In this document: positions 23,713 to 33,436 of the stretch, piece after piece
How positions within the stretch are numbered: the stretch's first letter is position 1
Layout of the letters: each line of letters begins with the position of its first letter
Origin: an uncultured cyanobacterium
GTDB lineage: Bacteria; Cyanobacteriota; Cyanobacteriia; Phormidesmidales; Phormidesmidaceae
Assembly (NCBI GenBank): GCA_963793265.1
Contig: CAWBZI010000001.1
Span: 1,824,001-1,888,000 of the forward strand
Length of the DNA stretch: 64,000 nucleotides
Reading direction: 5' to 3'
Notes under the pieces: generated by a model
What the model saw: the letters and a program-made list of their open reading frames with translations, nothing else
What the model was told of the DNA's origin: nothing
Databases searched by the model: none
Program-made: the position numbers and the translations under genes

Positions 23713-25593
23713 ATGACTTATTTTTATAACTACATTTGGGGCACCCACAGCGACGACACTCTACAAGGTAAAGGCGGTAATGATGTCATCTTTGGTGGTG
23801 GCGGCGACGACAAGATTTTTGGGGGCGATGGTAACGACGTAATCTTTGGTGGTAGCGGTAACGATACTATTTTTGGTGGTGACGGTCGCGACGTTATATT
23901 TGCAGGCGATGGCGACGACTTTATTGTGGGCGGCTTTGGGCTAGATCGCATCCACGGCGGCAGCGGCAACGACACGATCTCTTGGGATAATCTCGACAGC
24001 GGCCTTTCTGTAGATCTAAAAAAGCAGCGAGTTCGCTTTAACACGGGCGGTAGCGAGCATTTCTCCTCAATCGAAAACATCATCGGCTCTCGTGGCGACG
24101 ATGTGATTAAAGGTGACCATTTCAACAATATTTTGCGCGGCAACCTGGGTAACGATCGCCTAGAAGGCAAAGGTGGTAACGATGTGCTCGTAGGGGGTGA
24201 GGGCAACGATCATCTAGCCGGTGGCGATGGCAATGACACGTTCTTTGGCGATGCTGGTGATGACAAAAGCATTGGTGGTAAAGGCTTTGACTTCATTTTT
24301 GGGGGTGAGGGCAACGACTTTATTGATGGCGGTAAAGACTTCGATAAAGTGGATTACAGCGAGTTAGGTGAAGCCATTACGCTCAAGGCAATGGGCGTGA
24401 TTGATAAAGGAGCAGCAGGTAGCGATCGCGCCGTCAATATAGAAGAGGTGATTGGCGCAACTGACGAGCTGAACGTAATTGATGGCAGAATCGACGCTCC
24501 TAACGTTTCACTAAACGTCGATCTAGGTACAAACAATCTGACCATCAAGAACGTACCGGGCGTAGGCGATCAGGTCTTTACCGTCCGCAATTTTGCTCAA
24601 GTTATTGGCACTGAGCAGGCAGATACGATTGTTGGCGATAAGAACAGCACAGAGAAAGTGTTCTTCTTTGGTAGAAGTGGCAACGACACGCTTCAAGGCG
24701 GCGGCGGTGATGATGATTTGTTTGGTGAAGAAGGCAACGACACGTTTGTTGGTGGCACAGGTAGCGACTTTATTAACGGGGGCCATGGCTTCGATACGGT
24801 AGATTACAGCGATCTGGGTCAGGCGGTTACGCTGCAAGGTATTGGTGTAGTTGATAAAGGCAGTACGGGCCGCGATCAGCTACGGGCTGTAGAAGAGATT
24901 GTTGGCGCGACTGGTCAGATCAACAGAATCGACGCGGCCATGGCAGATAGCGGTATTGCGATTGATGTGGACTTGGGTGCCGAGACTTTGAGAGCTAGAG
25001 GCATTCCGGGTGTGGGCGATCGCACCTACACCATCCGAAACTTCAGCGATATCAAGGGCACCGATCAAGGCGACTCCTTCTTAGGTGACAGCAACAGTAC
25101 GAGCCGCGCCTTCTTCTTTGGCAGAGGCGGCGACGACCGGATTACCGGGGGTGCAGGCGATGATGACCTCTTTGGCGATGCAGGCGACGATACTATCCTG
25201 AGCGGCCAGGGTAATGACTTTATGGTCGGCGGCAGCGGCAACGACCGGCTCGTTTCACTCGGCGGTGCGAATGAGATGAACGGCAGTGATGCCCAAAGTG
25301 CAGGTTCTCATGAGCTAGATGTTTTGGTCGGCGGGTTGGAGAGCGATCGCTTTGTTTTGGGTGACACGCAGCAGGCTTACTACAAGGCTAACGGCGACAG
25401 CGACTTTGCAGAGATTCGTAACTTTGGCCTGGGTGAAGACCTGATTATTCTTCATGGTGCAATCAGTAGCTATGCGCTGAGCGTGAACGCAGGGGTAGCG
25501 GCGATTGATTATTTAGGCGATCGCATTGCAATCGTTCAAGGTGCTGGTGCCAGTGGGCTAGCGCTAGAGGACAGCACGTTCAAGTTCGTCTAG
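23713..25593 (+). CDS. RTX/hemolysin-type calcium-binding repeat protein
   Basis: Many GGxGxDxL/I nonapeptides; internal 150-aa duplication. Confidence 0.9.
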   Translation: MTYFYNYIWGTHSDDTLQGKGGNDVIFGGGGDDKIFGGDGNDVIFGGSGNDTIFGGDGRDVIFAGDGDDFIVGGFGLDRIHGGSGNDTISWDNLDSGLSVDLKKQRVRFNTGGSEHFSSIENIIGSRGDDVIKGDHFNNILRGNLGNDRLEGKGGNDVLVGGEGNDHLAGGDGNDTFFGDAGDDKSIGGKGFDFIFGGEGNDFIDGGKDFDKVDYSELGEAITLKAMGVIDKGAAGSDRAVNIEEVIGATDELNVIDGRIDAPNVSLNVDLGTNNLTIKNVPGVGDQVFTVRNFAQVIGTEQADTIVGDKNSTEKVFFFGRSGNDTLQGGGGDDDLFGEEGNDTFVGGTGSDFINGGHGFDTVDYSDLGQAVTLQGIGVVDKGSTGRDQLRAVEEIVGATGQINRIDAAMADSGIAIDVDLGAETLRARGIPGVGDRTYTIRNFSDIKGTDQGDSFLGDSNSTSRAFFFGRGGDDRITGGAGDDDLFGDAGDDTILSGQGNDFMVGGSGNDRLVSLGGANEMNGSDAQSAGSHELDVLVGGLESDRFVLGDTQQAYYKANGDSDFAEIRNFGLGEDLIILHGAISSYALSVNAGVAAIDYLGDRIAIVQGAGASGLALEDSTFKFV

Positions 25594-25656
25594 GCTAAGT
25601 TCTGCTAGGTAGGCTATAGATAGACCAACGAATCACTATTCATGTTTCAAGTCGCA

Positions 25657-25687
25657 GCCCTTTACGTACTTATGTATGTAGAGGGTC
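25657..25687. terminator. Hairpin between convergent genes, likely terminator
   Basis: CCCTTTACGTAC-ttat-GTATGTAGAGGG with G-U pairs on the + strand. Confidence 0.5.
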
Positions 25688-25753
25688 TTCTTCTGCTAGA
25701 TCTGCCTTTTGCCCATTTAACCTAAAGTGCTGAAGAAGCACTATTTTCTTGAC

Positions 25754-26194
25754 CTATAGCTGATACTCGATAGCAAACTTGATGCCGTAGTCAAACTCTT
25801 CGTCAGTACTTTCGGGAAAGTACTTAATCACGGGCACAGCTTCCATCGCCAGCCGATCAGAAGGGCTGTAGCGAATAGGAACCAGAAACTCAACGAGATC
25901 GCCGCTATTGACGAATAGCTCTGTATTAAGCCGCACTGCAAAAGTTACACCATTGCCATCATCAACGACTTCTTCTTCTAAGTCTTCGACACCGCCTTCT
26001 TCTATAATCGTTGAGTCATCGTCGCGTCTTACAGGATCTCTAGGATCTCTTTGAACAATCATTAGCTGCTCGGCTGTAGGGGTAGCTTCTGCTGATATGT
26101 CTTGAGCTGTTTCGTGAGCGATCGCAGCGTTAGAACCGAAAGCAGCAAAACAAGTTAGGGCAACTGCCCCAGCAAATAGTGGCTTATACATCAT
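25754..26194 (-). CDS. Secreted hypothetical protein
   Basis: Signal peptide ending AIA-H; acidic linker; beta-strand-like C-terminus. Confidence 0.7.
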   Translation of the reverse strand: MMYKPLFAGAVALTCFAAFGSNAAIAHETAQDISAEATPTAEQLMIVQRDPRDPVRRDDDSTIIEEGGVEDLEEEVVDDGNGVTFAVRLNTELFVNSGDLVEFLVPIRYSPSDRLAMEAVPVIKYFPESTDEEFDYGIKFAIEYQL

Positions 26195-26364
26195 GGTAAA
26201 TTCCTGAAAGGGAGGCCAAACAGGCCCCGCGTTGGATTAGTCAGTCAAGTATTGTATTGACCGATACAATCCAGCATAATGTGGAGGCGATCGCACTCAC
26301 TTCTAACTAAAGCAGTATTGTTGCAAATGATACTTTCTTTCGACTATTCCGCCCGACGGCTCCG

Positions 26365-27459
26365 CTATATCGTGCAATCTCTCGCGTCACGATTCTTCAC
26401 AATCCGTACACCTGAATTATCCCAGATAGCTTTAAATTCTTGCGAAACCGCTAGCGTATAGTCTTCGTGATACCAGCCTAAGACAGTTATTTCAGCTTCA
26501 TCAGCAGTTTCTAAGAGTCGCCAGTTTCCCCCTTGCTCAAGCGGATAAAACGTCGTGCCATAGAGCCCAGTCGATTCACTACCTAGAACAGTAGGCAGCG
26601 GCTTTGCAGGTTTAAAAGGGCCCGTAACGCTATCGGCAACATACCAATACAGCGTAGAGTCTGTAACGTTCTCTGCGCCTACTTTATCGAGCCAGAGTGG
26701 ATTTACAAATGCCTTAAAGCAAGAAAAGAACAGGTGATATTTGTTTTGAAAATAGATGACTTGAGGTCGCTCTAAATGGTAGAAAGGCCAGTCTACGCTG
26801 CCGTCTATCGAAGCGGCGGACACCTCAGAATTTTCAACCATTAACGGGCCAGCGGCGGGTGGCAGAAGCTGGTAAGGGCCAGCAAGCCGATCGGCAACGG
26901 CTATGCCCAAGCCCCCCTGATAGAGGGCTGAGCCTGTTAGAGACGCACAGAAAAACAGATAGTACTTTTGAGAATCAGTCGCTTTGACGACATAAGGATC
27001 TCGCCAGTGCAAATGATCAGACCAGTTGCACCTACCACCGTAATTTAGCTGAGGACGACTCTTATCAGATGTAAGAGCGTCTTTCATTGATAGCAAAGGC
27101 TGAGCCAGTCGCTGCCAGTGCTCTCCATCTTTTGAAGTTGCTAAGCCAATAGCCTCGCTGGCAATATCGCTTTCGCTTGCTGCTGAGTAGAACAAGTAAT
27201 AAGTGTCTTTCTCTTTATACGTGCTGCCTGCAAACAGTCGCCCAGACTCCCAGCCAGATTCACGAGGCTCTATAACGGGGCCAGTGTGGTGCCACCGCTG
27301 AAAATCTGTAGAGGTTGCTCCGCAGATCCAGCTTGTTTTCCACCACGGATCTTGATCGGTGCGTCCGCTTAGGTAAAACAAACGATAGGTGCCATGATCT
27401 AGAAGAACCCAGGGATCCCATCGAGGCGGATGAAGTTTGGCAGTCGGTGGATTTGGCAT
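26365..27459 (-). CDS. Five-bladed beta-propeller glycoside hydrolase (GH68/GH32 clan J, beta-fructosidase-like)
   Basis: Catalytic-type motifs WDPW, FAGS, WRDPYV, LERPQV. Confidence 0.8.
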   Translation of the reverse strand: MPNPPTAKLHPPRWDPWVLLDHGTYRLFYLSGRTDQDPWWKTSWICGATSTDFQRWHHTGPVIEPRESGWESGRLFAGSTYKEKDTYYLFYSAASESDIASEAIGLATSKDGEHWQRLAQPLLSMKDALTSDKSRPQLNYGGRCNWSDHLHWRDPYVVKATDSQKYYLFFCASLTGSALYQGGLGIAVADRLAGPYQLLPPAAGPLMVENSEVSAASIDGSVDWPFYHLERPQVIYFQNKYHLFFSCFKAFVNPLWLDKVGAENVTDSTLYWYVADSVTGPFKPAKPLPTVLGSESTGLYGTTFYPLEQGGNWRLLETADEAEITVLGWYHEDYTLAVSQEFKAIWDNSGVRIVKNRDARDCTI

Positions 27460-27794
27460 TTTCGTAACAGGCTTTATAACAGGACGCTAATTGATAGGAA
27501 AGATAACTACGAGTACATTGAGCACTGTACTCGATATAAAGGTCAAAATATAATGACAACAATTCGATACAAATCGTCTACAAAAGAAGAGATTTGCTGT
27601 ACGAAAAAGCATGAAGTTTTATGTCGTATCTTCATAATTACCTCCAAAGACGGGCCGAACGCACTGTATTGAAATATACATTTAAGTATAGAGATTAAAA
27701 AGCTGTTAACACCGTAAAGTAGGCCGATTTCAGCCTCTTCTTTAGACCATTTATCTGGCCTCACAATGGGGCACCGCTCTTAGGTTCAAGACTT

Positions 27795-29210
27795 ATGTTT
27801 TTCACAAAGACGCTAGCGAAAAGGCTGGCATTAGGGCTAGCGATCGCCCTCCCTTTATCTGGCTGTAGCCAACCTAGTGCGACAGAAGCCGAAACAGAAA
27901 CCACCCAGCCATCCGGTAGCAATACCGTCAGCATTTTAGGTGTGATTGTTGGTGAGCAACAGGCCCGACTAGAAGCGGCGCTCAAGCCCTTTGAAGATGA
28001 AACGGGTATAGATGTTATCTACGAAGGCACAGATGCCTTCACTACCCTGCTGCCAGTACGCGTAGATTCAGGTGACTCGCCTGATATTGCCATGTTTCCT
28101 CAGCCGGGTTTGATGCGATCGCTCGCCGAAGAAGGCGCGCTGGTTCCGGTAACCGAAGTACTCAGCCGCGAAGACTTACAGCAGTACTATCCTGAAAGCT
28201 GGATAGATCTGTCTACTGTTAACGACAAAATTTACGGCGTTTGGTATCGCTCAGCGGTTAAAAGCCTGGTATGGTACAACCCCAAAGAATTTGCCAGAGC
28301 AGGCTATGAAACGCCAGAAACCTGGGACGATCTGATCGCGCTGAGTGACCAGATTGTTGCAGATGGCGGCAGCCCTTGGTGCTTAGGCATGGAAAGCGGC
28401 AACTCATCAGGCTGGCCGGGTACCGACTGGGTAGAAGATATTGTGCTACATACCGCTGGCCCTGAGTTCTACGGTCAGTGGGTACAGCATGAGGTGCCCT
28501 TCAATGCGCCGCAAGTGCAAGAAGCCTTCGAGTATTTTGGCGAGATTGCGAAAACGCCAGGCTATCTCTACGGCGGTCAAACGGGCGCGCTTAGCATTCC
28601 ATGGGGCGATTCTATCAACGGTCTGTTTAGCAAAAAACGAAACTCTGAGGAGCCCGAATGCTACATGCAAAAGCAGGGCAACTTCATTAGTAACTTTTTC
28701 CCAGAAGATATTGTGATTGGTGAAGATGTTGATTTCTTTCCAACGCCTACGATCAACCCTGAGTACGACAATGCGCTACTGGTTGCCGGAGACATTTTCT
28801 CTATGCTAAATGACACGCCAGAAGCAAGAAAGCTGATGGCCTATTTAGCCACACCAACGCCCCATGAAATCTGGGCTGAGCAGGGCGGGTTCTTATCGGC
28901 AAATAAGCAGGTAGATTTGAGCGTGTACCCTGACGAGCTGAGCCGTAAGCAGGCAGAGCTACTAACCACTGTCGAGGTTGTGCAGTTCGACGCTTCTGAC
29001 TCTATGCCGGGCGCGGTGGGTACTGGCACCTTTTGGGCAGGCATGATGGATTTTGTTGCGGGCGATACGGCTGAAGAAGTCACCGACAAAATTGAGTTTT
29101 ACTGGCCCGAAGAGAGATTTGAAGAAGAAGTAACTAAAGCCGACGATGAGGAAGTAGTCGGCACTCAATCAGCCGGTCAAGTCGTCAGTCATCAACTAGG
29201 AGATGAATAA
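27795..29210 (+). CDS. ggtB: Sugar/osmolyte ABC substrate-binding lipoprotein (GgtB/AglE-like)
   Basis: Lipobox LSGC; PDIAMFPQPG, VKSLVWY, GWPGTDWVED, FDASDSMP; first gene of the operon. Confidence 0.85.
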   Translation: MFFTKTLAKRLALGLAIALPLSGCSQPSATEAETETTQPSGSNTVSILGVIVGEQQARLEAALKPFEDETGIDVIYEGTDAFTTLLPVRVDSGDSPDIAMFPQPGLMRSLAEEGALVPVTEVLSREDLQQYYPESWIDLSTVNDKIYGVWYRSAVKSLVWYNPKEFARAGYETPETWDDLIALSDQIVADGGSPWCLGMESGNSSGWPGTDWVEDIVLHTAGPEFYGQWVQHEVPFNAPQVQEAFEYFGEIAKTPGYLYGGQTGALSIPWGDSINGLFSKKRNSEEPECYMQKQGNFISNFFPEDIVIGEDVDFFPTPTINPEYDNALLVAGDIFSMLNDTPEARKLMAYLATPTPHEIWAEQGGFLSANKQVDLSVYPDELSRKQAELLTTVEVVQFDASDSMPGAVGTGTFWAGMMDFVAGDTAEEVTDKIEFYWPEERFEEEVTKADDEEVVGTQSAGQVVSHQLGDE

Positions 29211-30193
29211 TGGACAGTAATGTCTCTTTAATTTTAAAGGCGCTGCTGGCGATCGCAATCGGTTCGTTTGGTGTGATTGGCATTTTTTACGGGCTTAATA
29301 TTCTCGCTGAGAAGCTTTTGCCCGAACGTGCCCGAATGCGTGTGCTGCCGTGGATATATGTAGGCCCGGCTGTGCTGCTGCTAACCGCTTATTTAGTGCT
29401 GCCGACGCTGCGCACCTTTTATCTCAGCTTTTTTGGGCCTAGCTCCAGCCGGTTTGTCGGATTACAAAACTATATCTTCGTACTGACCGCGCCTGATACC
29501 CTCACAACCTTTCGCAACAACTTGCTGTGGCTGGTGTTGGTAACTGGCGTCAGCGTGTTTTTGGGCCTGGTGATTGCGGTACTTATCGACCGCGTGAAGT
29601 ACGAGCAGGTTGCTAAGTCGCTGATTTTTCTGCCGATGGCAATCTCTTTTGTAGGGGCAAGTGTTATCTGGCGGTTCATCTACGCCTATCGCCCTGCGGA
29701 TGCTGAACAAATTGGCGTACTCAATGCAATTGTGACCGGCTTGGGCTTTGAGCCGGTGGGATGGTTAGTGAATCCGGCCATTAACAACTTTGCGCTGATT
29801 GCCATCATGATTTGGCTACAAACGGGCTTTTGCATGGTGCTGCTCTCTTCGGCAGTCAAAGGCGTTCCCGACGATGTGTTAGAAGCAGCCCGAGTAGATG
29901 GCGCTAGTGAAGTGCAGATCTTTTGGCGAATTATTATTCCGATGATTATGCCGACGATTTTGGTGGTTTCAACCACTGTTATTGTGCTGGTGCTCAAAGT
30001 CTTCGACATTGTGTTTGTGATGACCGGCGGTAACTTAGGCACTGATGTCATCGCCAGCCGCATGATTAGAGAAATGTTCAACTTTAGAAACTACGGGAGA
30101 GGCAGTGCGATCGCCGTAATTCTCCTAATTGCTGTCATCCCTGTGATGGTGGCTAACATTCGCAGATTTCGCCAACAGGAGCTAAACCGATGA
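29210..30193 (+). CDS. ggtC: Sugar ABC permease (GgtC/AglF-like)
   Basis: PMAISFVGASVIW; EAARVDGA (EAA loop). Confidence 0.85.
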   Translation: MDSNVSLILKALLAIAIGSFGVIGIFYGLNILAEKLLPERARMRVLPWIYVGPAVLLLTAYLVLPTLRTFYLSFFGPSSSRFVGLQNYIFVLTAPDTLTTFRNNLLWLVLVTGVSVFLGLVIAVLIDRVKYEQVAKSLIFLPMAISFVGASVIWRFIYAYRPADAEQIGVLNAIVTGLGFEPVGWLVNPAINNFALIAIMIWLQTGFCMVLLSSAVKGVPDDVLEAARVDGASEVQIFWRIIIPMIMPTILVVSTTVIVLVLKVFDIVFVMTGGNLGTDVIASRMIREMFNFRNYGRGSAIAVILLIAVIPVMVANIRRFRQQELNR

Positions 30194-31140
30194 CCAGTGC
30201 CACTCCGATACCACCCGATCAAGCTGCGAACAGAAAAGAGCCGCAAAGAGATCCACAGCCTAACTATGTGGCAAAGCGTAAAGAACAGTCCAAGTTTGAA
30301 AAGTTCATGGCCCGCCTGCCGGTACACGTCGCGGTCATCACAATTGCTGTGCTGTGGACACTGCCCACGTTCGGCTTACTCATCAGCTCATTTCGTCCGC
30401 CCGATGCGCTCAACAGCAGCGGCTGGTGGACGGTATTTGCCAATCCTTTTGAGTTCACACAGTTCACGCTGAGCAACTATCAAGAGGTGCTAGATGCGGG
30501 GATGGGCCAGGCGTTTTTGAACAGCCTAGCGATTTCGATACCGGCTACCGTGATTCCAATTGCGATCGCCACCTTTGCCGCCTACGCCCTCTCCTGGATG
30601 GACTTCCCCGGTCGCCAGGCCATCTTCATCATCACCGTGGCCCTACTGGTTGTACCATTGCAGATGACCCTGATTCCAATTTTGCGGGCCTACAACGTTC
30701 TAGGCATTTCGAGTACGTTTCTGGCCGTATGGCTAGCACATGCCGCCTACGGTTTGCCGCTGGGCGTGTATTTACTGCGTAACTATATTGGCTCACTGCC
30801 GCGAGATTTGATTGAGGCGGCGGCTGTTGATGGGGCCTCTTATCTCAATGTGTTCACCCGCATTATTGTGCCGCTGAGTATGCCTGCGATCGCTTCTTTT
30901 GCCGTGTTCCAATTCCTGTGGGTATGGAACGATCTGCTAGTAGCGCTGGTGTATTTGGGTGGTAATCAGGAGGTTGCTCCGGTGACGCTGGTGCTGAGGA
31001 ATATTGTGGGCGATCGCGGCCAAGACTGGTTCCTCCTCACCTCCGGCGCATTTATCTCCATGCTCGTACCGATGGCCGTCTTCTTTGCCCTACAGAGATA
31101 CTTCGTTCGCGGCTTACTCGCTGGTTCCGTCAAAGGCTAA
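30190..31140 (+). CDS. ggtD: Sugar ABC permease (GgtD/AglG-like)
   Basis: EAAAVDGA, FQFLWVWNDLLVAL, RGLLAGSVKG; ATGA overlap with the upstream gene. Confidence 0.85.
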   Translation: MTSATPIPPDQAANRKEPQRDPQPNYVAKRKEQSKFEKFMARLPVHVAVITIAVLWTLPTFGLLISSFRPPDALNSSGWWTVFANPFEFTQFTLSNYQEVLDAGMGQAFLNSLAISIPATVIPIAIATFAAYALSWMDFPGRQAIFIITVALLVVPLQMTLIPILRAYNVLGISSTFLAVWLAHAAYGLPLGVYLLRNYIGSLPRDLIEAAAVDGASYLNVFTRIIVPLSMPAIASFAVFQFLWVWNDLLVALVYLGGNQEVAPVTLVLRNIVGDRGQDWFLLTSGAFISMLVPMAVFFALQRYFVRGLLAGSVKG

Positions 31141-31177
31141 TTCATTATTCATTCCTTATTCCTTATCCTCTTCCACC

Positions 31178-32284
31178 ATGTCTAGCGTTGTTTTTGAAAA
31201 AGTTACCAAGCAATACGAGAACGGCTACACCGCCGTCAAAGATCTCAATATCAATCTTGAAGACAAAGAGTTTTTGGTGCTAGTCGGCCCTTCTGGCTGC
31301 GGTAAAACGACCTCTTTGCGAATGCTTGCAGGACTCGAAGATATTAGCAGCGGCAGCATTTATATTGACGGTCAGCGCGTGAATAATGTAACGCCAAAAG
31401 ATCGCGATATTGCGATGGTGTTTCAGTCGTACGCGTTGTACCCGCACATGACCGTTGCCGATAATATGGGCTTCAGCCTAGATCTTAAGGGTGTACCTAA
31501 GAAAGAGATTCGCAAAAGAGTTGAAGAAGCGGGCAAGCAGCTCGGCATTGAACAACTGTTGGATCGTAAGCCTAAGCAGCTATCGGGTGGTCAGCGGCAG
31601 CGGGTGGCTTTGGGCCGGGCTATTGTGCGATCGCCCGCCGTTTTCCTAATGGACGAGCCGCTCTCAAACCTAGACGCTAAGCTTCGTGTACAGGCCCGAG
31701 CTGAGCTGAGTGAACTGCACAAGAAAGTTGGCACTACCTTTGTTTATGTCACGCACGATCAGGCCGAAGCAATGACGATGGGCACTCGCATTGCGGTAAT
31801 GAACAAGGGCATATTGCAGCAGATAGATTCGCCTCAGAATGTGTATGAGCACCCTAACAACATATTTGTTGCGGGCTTTTTGGGCAGTCCGTCAATGAAC
31901 TTCTTTGACGCCCAGCTCATTCAAAGCAACGGCGAACTCATCATCAAAACAGATGGCGGCATCTCAGTGCCCATTCCCCCCAACCGGCTTGAGCGCTATC
32001 GCGAATTCTCCGGTCGTCCGGTTGTCTTCGGCATTCGCCCCGAAGGCATTTACCATCCGCAGTACGTGCCCCCCGGCATTGAGCCTGTGAGCATTCCAGC
32101 GACTGCCAAAACAGTAGAGCTAATGGGATACGAAGTCATCGTCTACTTCACCCTCGCTGACGGCACAGAGTTTATTGCCCGCCTAGATCCTAGAGCCAAA
32201 ATCTCTCCAGGCGAACAGCTCAACCTCCAGTTTGACCTGACGCGCTTTCACCTGTTCGATAAGGACAGCGAACAGGTTATCTAG
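31178..32284 (+). CDS. ggtA: Sugar ABC ATP-binding subunit (GgtA/MalK-like)
   Basis: GPSGCGKTT, VFQSYALYPHM, LSGGQRQR, DEPLSNLDAKLR; likely start ATG 31178. Confidence 0.88.
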   Translation: MSSVVFEKVTKQYENGYTAVKDLNINLEDKEFLVLVGPSGCGKTTSLRMLAGLEDISSGSIYIDGQRVNNVTPKDRDIAMVFQSYALYPHMTVADNMGFSLDLKGVPKKEIRKRVEEAGKQLGIEQLLDRKPKQLSGGQRQRVALGRAIVRSPAVFLMDEPLSNLDAKLRVQARAELSELHKKVGTTFVYVTHDQAEAMTMGTRIAVMNKGILQQIDSPQNVYEHPNNIFVAGFLGSPSMNFFDAQLIQSNGELIIKTDGGISVPIPPNRLERYREFSGRPVVFGIRPEGIYHPQYVPPGIEPVSIPATAKTVELMGYEVIVYFTLADGTEFIARLDPRAKISPGEQLNLQFDLTRFHLFDKDSEQVI

Positions 32285-32326
32285 TGAGATGCTCGCATAA
32301 AACGCCTTCGAGTGACGACCTCACAA

Positions 32327-32370
32327 TTCTTAAAAAGCTTAAGGTAGCAGTACTTTAAGCTTTTTGAGAA
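32327..32370 (+). terminator. 20-bp stem-loop after the sugar ABC operon
   Basis: TTCTTAAAAAGCTTAAGGTA-gcag-TACTTTAAGCTTTTTGAGAA; two G-U pairs favour the + strand. Confidence 0.6.
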
Positions 32371-32371
32371 C

Positions 32372-32457
32372 GTTGAAAATTGGAATGTCGTCAGGATTAC
32401 GGCTGGTGATGAGGCATCCTTTATAACTTCTTGATCAACCCAGTTAGCACCTGCATC
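32372..32457 (-). pseudogene. Frameshifted C-terminal remnant of a PfpI/YhbO (DJ-1 family) gene
   Basis: DAGANWVDQEVIKD followed in a shifted frame by LITSRNPDDIPIFN. Confidence 0.75.
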
Positions 32458-32671
32458 TCTTCCCAAGGAATGAAACACCTCAGCATCCGCGTACGGGCTT
32501 AGAATAAAAGGCTTAAGTCCAACAACGCACCTCTCTAGTGAATGATTGTTTCACTTAGCTCCATTTTCTTGTAGGAATGTGATTAATAAGCACAAAAAGA
32601 GCACAAGACTTTTTACGCCTGCGCTCCTAATCTGCGAACCTGTACAGTCGTTTGACTGCTGTTTATTAAGA

Positions 32672-33172
32672 CTAGACCTGAGGCTCAGGTAGCTCGTCTA
32701 CATGATTTTTGTGCCAAACGAAGGCGTAGTAGGCAGCGATCGCACCTGTCACCGCGTTGAGCCAAACGTTATTACCAAAGATAGGCATGATGCCAAAGAG
32801 CGTGTTTGAGAAAGGCAACAGACCCATGATGGCCAGCAGGAGATAGCTGATCGCAAAGAAGCGGTTGTAGTTAAACGCACCGCGAGCACCTGTCGCTGAA
32901 TATAGACCAAACAGCCCAACAGCTAGATGAGTGATATTGTGCAGCAAGTTAGTGGGAAACAAACCAAACAAGTAGCCGAATCCGCGTAGGTAGGCCGCAG
33001 CATAGTTGGCCCCAGCCGATGCCGGAATTTCGTCTGCGGTGATGGGCGCTGCGTTGCTAACCGCCGTAGAGGGTAGGGTCACCAGATCTGGGATGAAGCC
33101 AGCAATGCCAATTATTGTAAAAATCAGCCCGAGCGCCAGCGCGCATTTCTTTTCACCAGTCAAATTATCCAT
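32672..33172 (-). CDS. DUF4383 membrane protein
   Basis: IGIAGFIP, LFGLFPTNLLHNITHL, GNNVWLN. Confidence 0.85.
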   Translation of the reverse strand: MDNLTGEKKCALALGLIFTIIGIAGFIPDLVTLPSTAVSNAAPITADEIPASAGANYAAAYLRGFGYLFGLFPTNLLHNITHLAVGLFGLYSATGARGAFNYNRFFAISYLLLAIMGLLPFSNTLFGIMPIFGNNVWLNAVTGAIAAYYAFVWHKNHVDELPEPQV

Positions 33173-33436
33173 GTATTCTCCTTTTGTTGATAAACACTTC
33201 TCTCCGTATTGTGAGAAAGCTCACGTCTGATTTCCTCTGTCTAAAATGAGAGGTGTAGGTGAGCCGTGTTCTGCAAAAAGGTCGAGGGCTGTGTAAGTGC
33301 GCACCTTCTAGGTCTGTCTGTTGCGATGATGTCTCTCTTTTGATAGCGATCGCCTCTACTGATAGGTGAATGCCAAAGGCGAGGTCTATCCGCCATTGTG
33401 ATTAGCTAAAGATATGAAAAGACGACTACCGCATAC

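Noticed and set aside
23730..24206. Pro/Ser-rich antisense ORF (also 40516-40869)
   Set aside because: Mirror of the GGxGxD codons of the RTX genes.
31004..31177. Long N-terminal extensions in the ORF track (ggtA here; also ffh, moxR, DUF4912)
   Set aside because: Downstream ATGs match the family starts and avoid overlaps with neighbouring genes.
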